Shown: positions 17,098 to 25,602 of the stretch, piece after piece
How positions within the stretch are numbered: the first letter of the stretch is position 1
Layout of the letters: each line of letters starts with the position of its first letter
Assembly: GCA_964645485.1 (NCBI GenBank)
Contig: CAZXZO010000002.1
Coordinates: forward strand, 62,478 to 126,477
Length of the DNA stretch: 64,000 bases
Direction: 5' to 3'
Source: an uncultured Candidatus Poseidoniales archaeon
Lineage (GTDB): Archaea > Thermoplasmatota > Poseidoniia > Poseidoniales > Thalassarchaeaceae
The notes under the pieces: generated by a model
Seen by the model: the letters and a program-made list of their open reading frames with translations, nothing else
Database searches by the model: none
What the model was told of the DNA's origin: nothing
Translations under genes and position numbers: made by a program

Positions 17098-17988
17098 TTA
17101 TTCACAAATCCTCTCAATTTCCTTTATCACTTCATTTGCGACATCAATTCCAGTTGCTCTTTCTATTCCCTCAAGCCCAGGTGATGAATTTACTTCCATC
17201 AACAATGGCCCTCGGCTAGACTCCAATAAGTCGACTCCACCGAATTGAATGTTTAGGGATTTACAAGCGTCAATACATATTCTCTCAATATCTGGTTCAA
17301 GTTCTAATTGGTCACCGGTTCCACCTCGGTGAATATTGCTACGGAAGTCATCACCCTTTCCCGTTCTCCTCATTGCGGCTACTACTTTATCGCCAACAAC
17401 AATTGCTCTGATATCAGTTCCCTTGGATTCTGCGATATACTCTTGAACAATTATTGGTTGATGTAATCTAGCAAGCACATCAATAACTGATTCTGCACTT
17501 GCAACAGTATCACAGCGCATCACTCCAATTCCTTGAGTCCCTTCTAATAATTTCAGAACTACAGGTGGACCGCCCACTGTTTTGATACACGGGTGTAAAT
17601 CGGCTGCTCCTCTTGCATATGCTGTTCTAGGAATGGGTAATTCCACTGCGGCAAAACGCTGTAGAGCACGTAATTTATCCCTACTCGCCCCAATTCCATT
17701 ACTTGGGTTGAGGACTGGGACGCCTGCGGCCTGAAATTGTCGGAGAATGGTTAATCCATGGCGGGTGATTGAAGCCCCAATTCTAGGCACAATACAATCC
17801 ATTGGTTGCACAATTTTGTCACCATTATAGAGAACAGTTGCCCCATCGGGAGATAAATCAATTGTACATCTTGTTGGGTTGAGATAACTAACTCCATGCC
17901 CCTCTCTTCTAGCAGCAGCAGCCAATCGAGTTGTGCTGTAGAGTTCAGGCCCTTGGGTCATGATGACAATCTCAAGTCTCCGCCCCAT
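17098..17988 (-). CDS. rimK: RimK-type ATP-grasp alpha-L-glutamate ligase
   Basis: VVLKLLEGTQGIGV, IVQEYI, DFRSNIHRGG and GVDLLESSRGPLLMEVNSSPGLEGIE align closely with my recollection of E. coli RimK. Confidence 0.9.
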   Translation of the reverse strand: MGRRLEIVIMTQGPELYSTTRLAAAARREGHGVSYLNPTRCTIDLSPDGATVLYNGDKIVQPMDCIVPRIGASITRHGLTILRQFQAAGVPVLNPSNGIGASRDKLRALQRFAAVELPIPRTAYARGAADLHPCIKTVGGPPVVLKLLEGTQGIGVMRCDTVASAESVIDVLARLHQPIIVQEYIAESKGTDIRAIVVGDKVVAAMRRTGKGDDFRSNIHRGGTGDQLELEPDIERICIDACKSLNIQFGGVDLLESSRGPLLMEVNSSPGLEGIERATGIDVANEVIKEIERICE

Positions 17989-18034
17989 AACCTGACCTTC
18001 AGAGGCTCATTGTTTTCAAAATGACCGATTTGAG

Positions 18035-20443
18035 CTATCCCTGATTTTCCAATTGGAAAATTCGATCTCTCAATTGGGCAGCCTTCTCAAATTCAAGTCT
18101 ACTTGCTGCCAGTTTCATCTGTTTTCCAAGTCTTTCAATTAGTCTTTCAAGATCTACGTCCTTTTCTGTATCATCACTAGTTAGGGTTGCTTTATCTTGT
18201 TCCAAAATTGAAGATGCAACACTCGCCCACGAAGGTTGGCTTACATTGCTAACCGTTTCGCCCTCAGAACCCCATCCATCTGAGCCAAGGTCTAATCGTT
18301 TTGCCAAATCTCTTTCATCTTTAATTTTACCACTCTGACCGGTGGTTCCACCAACAAATCTCTTACCGCCACTGCTACCAGTACCAGCAGTCCCAGCCAA
18401 CAATTCCTCTGCTTCAATTCCCATTGTTGGCAATTCTTTGATGATTGTTTTAGGGACAATATTGTTCTTCAAATTGAATTCTTCTTGTCGTTGCCGCCTT
18501 TCAATTGTTTGTAAAATAGATGTACTCATCGCGTCAGACATTGAATCAGCATACAATAATACTCTACCGTTTTCGTTACGCGAAGCTCGGCCAATTGTTT
18601 GTAGAAGTGACCTCTCATTACGCAAGAAACCCTGACGGTCGGCATCAAAAATTGCAACCAAGGATACTTCTGGAATGTCAAGGCCTTCACGTAACAAATT
18701 AATTCCTACAATCACATCGATGTGACCAATTCGCAAAGCCTTGATGATTTCAGACCTTTCAATTGTATCGATTTCAGAATGAAGGTAATGTGCTTTCACG
18801 CCCATTCTCTGTAAATAGCTGGAAACTTCTTCAGCGAATTTAATAGTCAAAACAGTAACTAATACTCGTTCACCATTCGTTACACACTTGTTAATCTCGT
18901 CAAGTAAATCTTGCACCTGTCCCTCGGTAGGGCGAACCTCAATTTCCGGATCAAGTAACCCGGTTGGTCTGATTTCCATATGCACAACCCCGTCAATTTT
19001 TTCAAGAGATTTGAGAATACTTGGGGTCTTTTTTGGTTTTTGTAATTCAGGTTCAACCACTCCACCACCTCCTGGTACATGGAGCAACTCTTGGGGGACG
19101 TCTTGCCCAGTCACTTCTGCAAGATGTCTTAGTTCCCTTTCTCCTGGTGTTGCTGAGACGTACAACATCTGTGGGACAAGGTTTTGAAATTCATCTATGC
19201 GTAAAGGCCTATTATCTGCCGCAGAAGGTAATCTGAAACCGTGCTCAATCAAAGACATCTTTCGCGAATGGTCACCTGCGTACATTCCTTTTAGTTGAGG
19301 TAATGTCACATGGCTTTCATCCATGATGACAAGAAACTTTTCAGGGGAACCATGGAATTGATTAGCTGCCGCAGCAAAGAAATCAAGCAAACAGAATGGT
19401 CTTTCTCCATATGTTCTGCCATCAAAATGCATGGAATAATTTTCTATGGCTTTGCAATGACCAGTTTCTCTAAGCATTTCTAATTCAAACTTAGTCCTAG
19501 TCTCAAGTCGATGGGCTTCCATCTCTTTGCCTTCTTTCTCCAATTCATCAGTTCTCTCTGATAACTCAAATTCAATATCTTCCAATGCTTGGGCGAATCT
19601 CTCTGGGCTAGTCATGAAAAATTCTTTTGGATGGACCCACGCTTCCTCTAAATTATCAAGAGGTTCCCAAGAAACAGCTTCACAAACCTGAATTCTTGTA
19701 ACTCCATCAAAGTCGAATCGAATCCGAAGTGGGTCATCCCTACTTGGCATCCAAACATCAACAACCTCGCCACGGCAACGGATTTCACCTCTAGTGATTT
19801 CACCTGTTACTCGTTGATATTGCAACTCTACCAATTGTTTGACTAAATCCAAAGGTTCGATAGATTGGCCGACGTATATTCTTGCATGTTGTTTTAGGAA
19901 TGTTTCTGGGGGATTGAGTCCGTAGATTGCGGACACTGTTCCAATGGTAATGACATCAGGTCGTGAGACAAGTGAAGCCACCGTTGCGAATCTTTCCTGC
20001 TCAATCCGCTCGTTCATCTGTAATTCTTTATCGATGTATAAGTCGCGTTTTGGTAAATATGCTTCAGGTTGATAATAGTCATAATGACTAACAAAATACT
20101 CCACGGCATTTTCAGGAAATAGTGAAGACATTTCCTGCCAGAGTTGACGCGCCAACGTCTTATTGTGGCTGAGAATTAAAGTGGGTATATTCAGTCTTTC
20201 AATGATATGCGCCATAGCGAATGTTTTACCCGAGCCAGTAACACCAAGAAGGACACCTCTTTCCTGTGAATTATTGAATTGAGAAATTAATTTTTCAATT
20301 GCTTGTTTTTGGTCGCCTGCGGTGTTGTATTCAGAATGTAATTGGAAGCATGCTACCGAGGGGTCTAACCAGTCTAGAGCAGCACCTTCAATTGCTTTAG
20401 ACAAATCAAAATGGTCGACGTCTTTTTCTGTCATAATATCCAC
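18035..20443 (-). CDS. uvrB: Excinuclease ABC subunit B with extended G/S/T-rich linker
   Basis: GVTGSGKTFAMAHIIE, DESHVT, and the C-terminal UVR motif LEFEKAAQLRDRIFQLE. 802 aa. Confidence 0.95.
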   Translation of the reverse strand: MDIMTEKDVDHFDLSKAIEGAALDWLDPSVACFQLHSEYNTAGDQKQAIEKLISQFNNSQERGVLLGVTGSGKTFAMAHIIERLNIPTLILSHNKTLARQLWQEMSSLFPENAVEYFVSHYDYYQPEAYLPKRDLYIDKELQMNERIEQERFATVASLVSRPDVITIGTVSAIYGLNPPETFLKQHARIYVGQSIEPLDLVKQLVELQYQRVTGEITRGEIRCRGEVVDVWMPSRDDPLRIRFDFDGVTRIQVCEAVSWEPLDNLEEAWVHPKEFFMTSPERFAQALEDIEFELSERTDELEKEGKEMEAHRLETRTKFELEMLRETGHCKAIENYSMHFDGRTYGERPFCLLDFFAAAANQFHGSPEKFLVIMDESHVTLPQLKGMYAGDHSRKMSLIEHGFRLPSAADNRPLRIDEFQNLVPQMLYVSATPGERELRHLAEVTGQDVPQELLHVPGGGGVVEPELQKPKKTPSILKSLEKIDGVVHMEIRPTGLLDPEIEVRPTEGQVQDLLDEINKCVTNGERVLVTVLTIKFAEEVSSYLQRMGVKAHYLHSEIDTIERSEIIKALRIGHIDVIVGINLLREGLDIPEVSLVAIFDADRQGFLRNERSLLQTIGRASRNENGRVLLYADSMSDAMSTSILQTIERRQRQEEFNLKNNIVPKTIIKELPTMGIEAEELLAGTAGTGSSGGKRFVGGTTGQSGKIKDERDLAKRLDLGSDGWGSEGETVSNVSQPSWASVASSILEQDKATLTSDDTEKDVDLERLIERLGKQMKLAASRLEFEKAAQLRDRIFQLENQG

Positions 20444-20465
20444 TCACAATTGATGACCCTTCAAT

Positions 20466-21194
20466 TTATGGTCGATATAATCCACCGTTGACATGTAAAA
20501 TTGCACCAGTAATGTAACTAGAATCATCTGACAAAAGGAACGAAATCACATTGGCAACTTCTTCAGGAGTTCCCAATCTTCCCATAGGAATTGTTTCTTC
20601 CCTAGCAGTTCTTTTCTTTGGTGTGTCATTCGCCACCAAGTCTGTACTGATAGTTCCTGGAGCAACCACATTTACTCTTTGGCCATTCGGGGCTACATCA
20701 ATTGCGAGTGAACGTGCCCAACTGTGTAATGCACCCTTTGAAGCGGAGTAATCTGCACCTGTCGCAGTCCCTTTAATTCCGAGTTGACTACCTAATACTA
20801 CGATTGATGCACTTTTTGAGAGGTATGGGGAGAGTGCTTTCCACACAAGAAATGAGCCTGTGAAATTGACATTCATAGTTTGTTCAAGTGCCTCAAGAGT
20901 TAGTTCCTCGGCCTTACCACGTTCATACATTGCATGATTCAATACCAGAGCATCAACACCTTCTCGAATCCATGGATGGTCTGCCAGAACCATTACCTCA
21001 CCGGTATCAGAGCAGTCAACCTTTACGGCAACACAATCACAGCCGATTTCTCTTACATCTGAAATTACACTTTCAGCAGATTGAGAATCTGTATGGTATG
21101 TGATTATTAGTCTGTAACCTTCACTAGCCAGACGCCTAGATGTGGCGGCTCCAATACCTCTACTTCCGCCTGTGATTACTGCTAATTTCACCAT
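20466..21194 (-). CDS. Short-chain dehydrogenase/reductase (FabG-like)
   Basis: ITGGSRGIGAA and YSASKGAL catalytic motifs. Confidence 0.9.
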   Translation of the reverse strand: MVKLAVITGGSRGIGAATSRRLASEGYRLIITYHTDSQSAESVISDVREIGCDCVAVKVDCSDTGEVMVLADHPWIREGVDALVLNHAMYERGKAEELTLEALEQTMNVNFTGSFLVWKALSPYLSKSASIVVLGSQLGIKGTATGADYSASKGALHSWARSLAIDVAPNGQRVNVVAPGTISTDLVANDTPKKRTAREETIPMGRLGTPEEVANVISFLLSDDSSYITGAILHVNGGLYRP

Positions 21195-21203
21195 TTCATC
21201 ACC

Positions 21204-22190
21204 TCAGTCTAACAACCCATCATTGGATGGTTCAATTGTCATTATGGCCAATAGAAGAACCCACCCCGTTAGCATCGACACTCGAAACAGCATCTTTTGG
21301 AAGTCAGCAAACTTTTCACGAAGTAGTATTACAGCGATGTTCACAATAGCCATTATTCCCGCAGCCCCTAGAAACCAAATTTCATCCATGGGGTTGGAGA
21401 TAGCGAAGCATGCGAACCATACTAGGGTTAGTTGTACAGATGTCCTCGTGGTAGTTTCTTCTGAGAACCGTGAAGGGAATGAATGAATCCCGTTTTCTCG
21501 ATCACTCTCTACATCCATGCGTGCATAGTTGATATCGAAGGCAGTTATCCAAAATGCGACCCCTAGGGAGATGAAGAAAATAGTTGGATACCAAAGAAGG
21601 TCAGTATATCCATCGTGCAGTCCTGTAATTGCAGCCCAACCATGCACATCTGCTGCAATAGCAACCCAAGCCCCGGCAGGTGCAAGACCAAGACACAATC
21701 CGAGCCATAAATGACACAACCAGGTGTAACGCTTAGTGTATGGGTAGATAACGAAGGCTAAGACGGGAAGCCAAGCCATCATTAGTGCAACTTCGTTGAG
21801 CAACCAAGCGCCTAAAAGTAGCATACTAAGGAAAATTGCCGATAGAGTCCAAGCCGTTTGCATTGACATATTTCCCGATACCAAATGCCTGTTTGCAGTT
21901 CGTGGGTTGGCGGCATCAACATCACGATCAATAATACGATTCAAAGTCATTGCAAGGCCACGGGCTCCCACAGCCGCGATGAGAATCCAAATTAGGTCCA
22001 TTCTTAACCAACCAAGTTCAGGAACAGGAAGGTCATGCATGAATTGATTGTAAGCGAGAATATACCCAATTAACACAAAGGGAAGGGAAAAGAGGGTGTG
22101 CTCAATTTTTACGAATTCCAAAATTTGCTTTACACCCAAACTACCACCTCGATACATTTGGTTCCCAAGCTCTCTGTTCATACCCATCAT
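21204..22190 (-). CDS. UbiA-family aromatic prenyltransferase
   Basis: NRIIDRDVDAANPRTANR and a second Asp-rich region. Multi-TM protein. Confidence 0.9.
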   Translation of the reverse strand: MMGMNRELGNQMYRGGSLGVKQILEFVKIEHTLFSLPFVLIGYILAYNQFMHDLPVPELGWLRMDLIWILIAAVGARGLAMTLNRIIDRDVDAANPRTANRHLVSGNMSMQTAWTLSAIFLSMLLLGAWLLNEVALMMAWLPVLAFVIYPYTKRYTWLCHLWLGLCLGLAPAGAWVAIAADVHGWAAITGLHDGYTDLLWYPTIFFISLGVAFWITAFDINYARMDVESDRENGIHSFPSRFSEETTTRTSVQLTLVWFACFAISNPMDEIWFLGAAGIMAIVNIAVILLREKFADFQKMLFRVSMLTGWVLLLAIMTIEPSNDGLLD

Positions 22191-24204
22191 ATCCTGCCAT
22201 GTTTGTTACTTTGGCAAGAGTTTCTTGGCCGTGAATAGTGATTGCTGGCCAACTTCTGATAGGAAGAATTGGATCTAGCGCTGATATTTCTTGTCCAGCA
22301 CTTGCAAGTGCTTTACGACCAGGGTGCGGAATCGGGGTGGTGGCATCCCAGCAAACCCTACTACGATTTGAATCAAAATGTAAATCTCTACCAACATCAA
22401 ATCTAACGGTTAACTGCCAGAGCAATTTTTGATTTGCTCCTGCTGAATGTAATTTCACATCATCATCAGTGATAAATAGCCATCTTAAATGTTCAGATTC
22501 TTCCAATTGCCAAATTGAATTCATCAATTGGAAAATACGTTGCCTTTGAGCCCTACTGGCTTCAACTTGAAGTGCCCATGCAGCGGGGTCAAGAATTGCC
22601 TGCATTCCATTACTTGGGCTAGGTGTGTCATCAATTTTTGTTGTAATCACCATAATTGATGGCCTAAGGAGAATTGCCTCGCTAACTTCCTGCATCGCTC
22701 TGACTTTTGCACAGAAGTCAACTGAAACTCCTGGAGCATCTACCTGTCCACGGCGCCAATCTGGAGATTCATCGAAACCCGTTCCTCTAGGTAAGCCGAC
22801 TCCTCCTTTTCTCGGATCGGCACTTGGTAATGTTGTGGCATCAATCAGTAATTTATCGTGAACATTTTCCCATGGTGAAGATGTGTCAAGTGTATCTGCA
22901 ACCATCCCAGGTATTGTTATCAAATCGGCCTGTGGGTCTACTTTTTCATGTAAAGCATCGAGAAGAGCATTCAGTTCTTTTACAGGGTGGCCAGGGTCAA
23001 CGGCAACGGAAATTTTTGTGAACATTAATTGCCCAGCGCCCAACAAACCAAGGCAAGTTTTTCGTGCTTGACGTGGGTATCTTTGTTTCGCGGCAATAAT
23101 CGCCAAATTATGGAAACCAGTCTGCAGTGGCACGAACATATCAACGATATCTCGGTGTTGAAAATTTAATATTGGCAGGAATGCATCTGTAATTGCTTCG
23201 CCAATATATCCATCCTCCATAGGCGGAAGTCCAACAATTGTCATTGGTGCAATAGCATCAGAACGATGAGTGATTGCAGTTACGTGCATCACTGGGTAAT
23301 CCCCCTCTAAACTATACAGCCCGAAGTGGTCACCAAAAGGGCCCTCTGGTCTGGTTTCGCCAGGGATACAATACCCTTCAATTACAACATCTGCCTCTGC
23401 TGGAACCCACAAATCTTGAGTAGTTGCTTTCACTAACTTCAGCCTCTGATTTGCTAAGAAGGAAGCGAACATAAATTCAGAAAGATTGTCAGGAAGAGGT
23501 GAAATTGCGCTGAAAATTAATTCTGGTGGCCCTCCTAGACAAATTGCCACAGGTATTTTGTTGAGTGAACCAAGGCTAGCATCAGCATGGTCAGCACCAT
23601 GTTTGTGCATTTGCCAATGAAGTCCACATTCGGTTGGGCCATAAATTTGTGAGCGGTACATCCCGAGGTTTTGCTCACCGCTGACTGGATCTTTCGTGAC
23701 TACTAATGGTAGGGTGATAAACGGCCCACCGTCTTGTGGCCAAGTTTTGGGGATTGGAAGAGATGTTAAGTCTGGATTTTCCATGACTACTTCCTGACAT
23801 GCTCCTTTTCTGACTCGTTTTGGAGCCATTCGCAGACCTTGTTTGGCTAAGCCAATTCCTTTCCATGGTTTCTTAGAAATTGTGGCAATGTCTGGTTTCA
23901 TCAATTCCACGAGTCGGTTTCCAATAGTTGCCAACTCATCCACGCCAAGAGCCGTTTTCACCCTAGTTCTAGTTCCAAAAAGATTCATTGCAAGGGGAAT
24001 TTTGGATATGCTGCCATTCTGTAATCTTGGTTGCTCAAAAATTACAGCCTTGCCTTCACCCTTTACAAGACGGTCGGCAATACATCCCGCCTCTAACTCT
24101 ACATCAACCGGTCTTGCAATGCGCAGCATATCTCCCTGTTCCTCGAGGGCGGCGATAAATTGCTGCAGATTACTCCATCCCACAGCCCTCGGAGGGGCTC
24201 TCAC
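22141..24204 (-). CDS. UbiD-family (prenyl-FMN dependent) decarboxylase with ~200 aa C-terminal extension
   Basis: N-terminus LQQFIAALEEQGDMLRIARPVDVELEAGCIADR. 687 aa. Its 3' end overlaps the UbiA ORF. Confidence 0.88.
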   Translation of the reverse strand: MRAPPRAVGWSNLQQFIAALEEQGDMLRIARPVDVELEAGCIADRLVKGEGKAVIFEQPRLQNGSISKIPLAMNLFGTRTRVKTALGVDELATIGNRLVELMKPDIATISKKPWKGIGLAKQGLRMAPKRVRKGACQEVVMENPDLTSLPIPKTWPQDGGPFITLPLVVTKDPVSGEQNLGMYRSQIYGPTECGLHWQMHKHGADHADASLGSLNKIPVAICLGGPPELIFSAISPLPDNLSEFMFASFLANQRLKLVKATTQDLWVPAEADVVIEGYCIPGETRPEGPFGDHFGLYSLEGDYPVMHVTAITHRSDAIAPMTIVGLPPMEDGYIGEAITDAFLPILNFQHRDIVDMFVPLQTGFHNLAIIAAKQRYPRQARKTCLGLLGAGQLMFTKISVAVDPGHPVKELNALLDALHEKVDPQADLITIPGMVADTLDTSSPWENVHDKLLIDATTLPSADPRKGGVGLPRGTGFDESPDWRRGQVDAPGVSVDFCAKVRAMQEVSEAILLRPSIMVITTKIDDTPSPSNGMQAILDPAAWALQVEASRAQRQRIFQLMNSIWQLEESEHLRWLFITDDDVKLHSAGANQKLLWQLTVRFDVGRDLHFDSNRSRVCWDATTPIPHPGRKALASAGQEISALDPILPIRSWPAITIHGQETLAKVTNMAGYDGYEQRAWEPNVSRW

Positions 24205-24258
24205 CTATGAAACATCAAGGAGAGATATTCAAACAAATTCACCCAGATTATTCCACAT

Positions 24259-25539
24259 TTGGTAACCGCGTTATTCATGAAGGGACCCCCCTCATCACAA
24301 CCCATGGAGGGAGCCGGTACAGAGTGTGACGTCTTGGTCATTGGCGCCGGGCCTGGCGGTGGTGCTGCGGCTTTACACAGTGCAAGAGAAGGTCTCAATG
24401 TCATCCTAATCGAAGATCATGACGAGATTGGGACTCCCGTACATTGCGGAGAATGTATATCGGATTTAGCCGTAAACAACCTAAAACTTGAACTTCCAGA
24501 TTCAGTAATTTCACGTCCTGTTGATGGTATTAGAGTACTGTTTCCGGATGGAACGGCAAAAAAATTAAGTGAACCGGGATACGTTCTAGAAAAGCACTTG
24601 TTTGAGCAGTGGTTAGCAGCGGAAGCAGTTGAAGCGGGCGCACAATTACACCTATCACACAAGTTGACAGGCCTTGAGCGTCAAGAAAATGATGGTGTTT
24701 TCAGCGGTTGGATTTGCCAGGGTAAGGGGGACCAATTTCCAATTACAGCTAAGATTGTAATTGATGCCTCTGGCGTTGCTGGAGTATGCTCAAAAATTTT
24801 GCAATTAAACCCCCGTCCTAAAGTGGTTGCAGGGATGCAATATGAGGTACTAGAAGTTCCAACAGATGGTTACTTGGATTTCTATATTTGGCCAAAATAT
24901 GCCGAAAAAGGTTATCTTTGGATGATACCAAAGGCAGATGGAAGGGCTAACATTGGGTTAGTTACAGAGAATAAAAAGGGTGCTGTAAAGGCACTAGACC
25001 AATTCATAGAAAATGGGGAATTCAAGGGATTAGAAATGATCAATCCGCCCTGGCGGAAAGAAGGAATGAAACTGCGAGGTTTTGGCGGAACTATACCAAT
25101 TTCCGGGCCACATGAAGTCACTCATACAGATGGAATAATGCTGATTGGTGATGCGGCTGGTTTCACTTCACCTCTGTTTGAAGGAGGTTCTCATTTGGCT
25201 TTGAAATCAGCATCATTTGCAGCTCAGACTGCGGCTGAAGCAATCGCTGCTGGAGATATAACCGCTTCCAAGTTAGCCATATATTCATCCAAATGGAAAA
25301 GAGAGTTTCCACCATATGAAAAAATACTGAGAGGAAAAACAGCCTTGTATTCACTCAGTGATTCTGATATGTCAGTAATGGGCAAATGTTTCCCAGAAGA
25401 AATGTCTTCGATGGGAATATCTGGAAAGGCAATGGTTGGAATCCGCCTACTTGTTAGAAGACCTAGTTTATATTTCAAGAAAATAGTTCCAGCGATGTTG
25501 GCTTTTGGTTATAGCCGGGCTAAATACTATGGCTGGTAA
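24259..25539 (+). CDS. Geranylgeranyl reductase family FAD-dependent oxidoreductase
   Basis: DVLVIGAGPGGGAAA and LIGDAAGFTSPLFEGG. The true start is probably an internal Met (MKGPP or MEGAG). Confidence 0.85.
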   Translation: MVTALFMKGPPSSQPMEGAGTECDVLVIGAGPGGGAAALHSAREGLNVILIEDHDEIGTPVHCGECISDLAVNNLKLELPDSVISRPVDGIRVLFPDGTAKKLSEPGYVLEKHLFEQWLAAEAVEAGAQLHLSHKLTGLERQENDGVFSGWICQGKGDQFPITAKIVIDASGVAGVCSKILQLNPRPKVVAGMQYEVLEVPTDGYLDFYIWPKYAEKGYLWMIPKADGRANIGLVTENKKGAVKALDQFIENGEFKGLEMINPPWRKEGMKLRGFGGTIPISGPHEVTHTDGIMLIGDAAGFTSPLFEGGSHLALKSASFAAQTAAEAIAAGDITASKLAIYSSKWKREFPPYEKILRGKTALYSLSDSDMSVMGKCFPEEMSSMGISGKAMVGIRLLVRRPSLYFKKIVPAMLAFGYSRAKYYGW

Positions 25540-25602
25540 TCCAACAATCAGCGATTACTTACGGCCGAAATTGCCATCAGTTGATGGCTACTCGCACCAA
25601 TT

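Noticed and set aside
22141-22190. UbiD/UbiA overlap considered as a frameshifted pseudogene
   Set aside because: Both ORFs are full length with intact motifs. The overlap is typical translational coupling.
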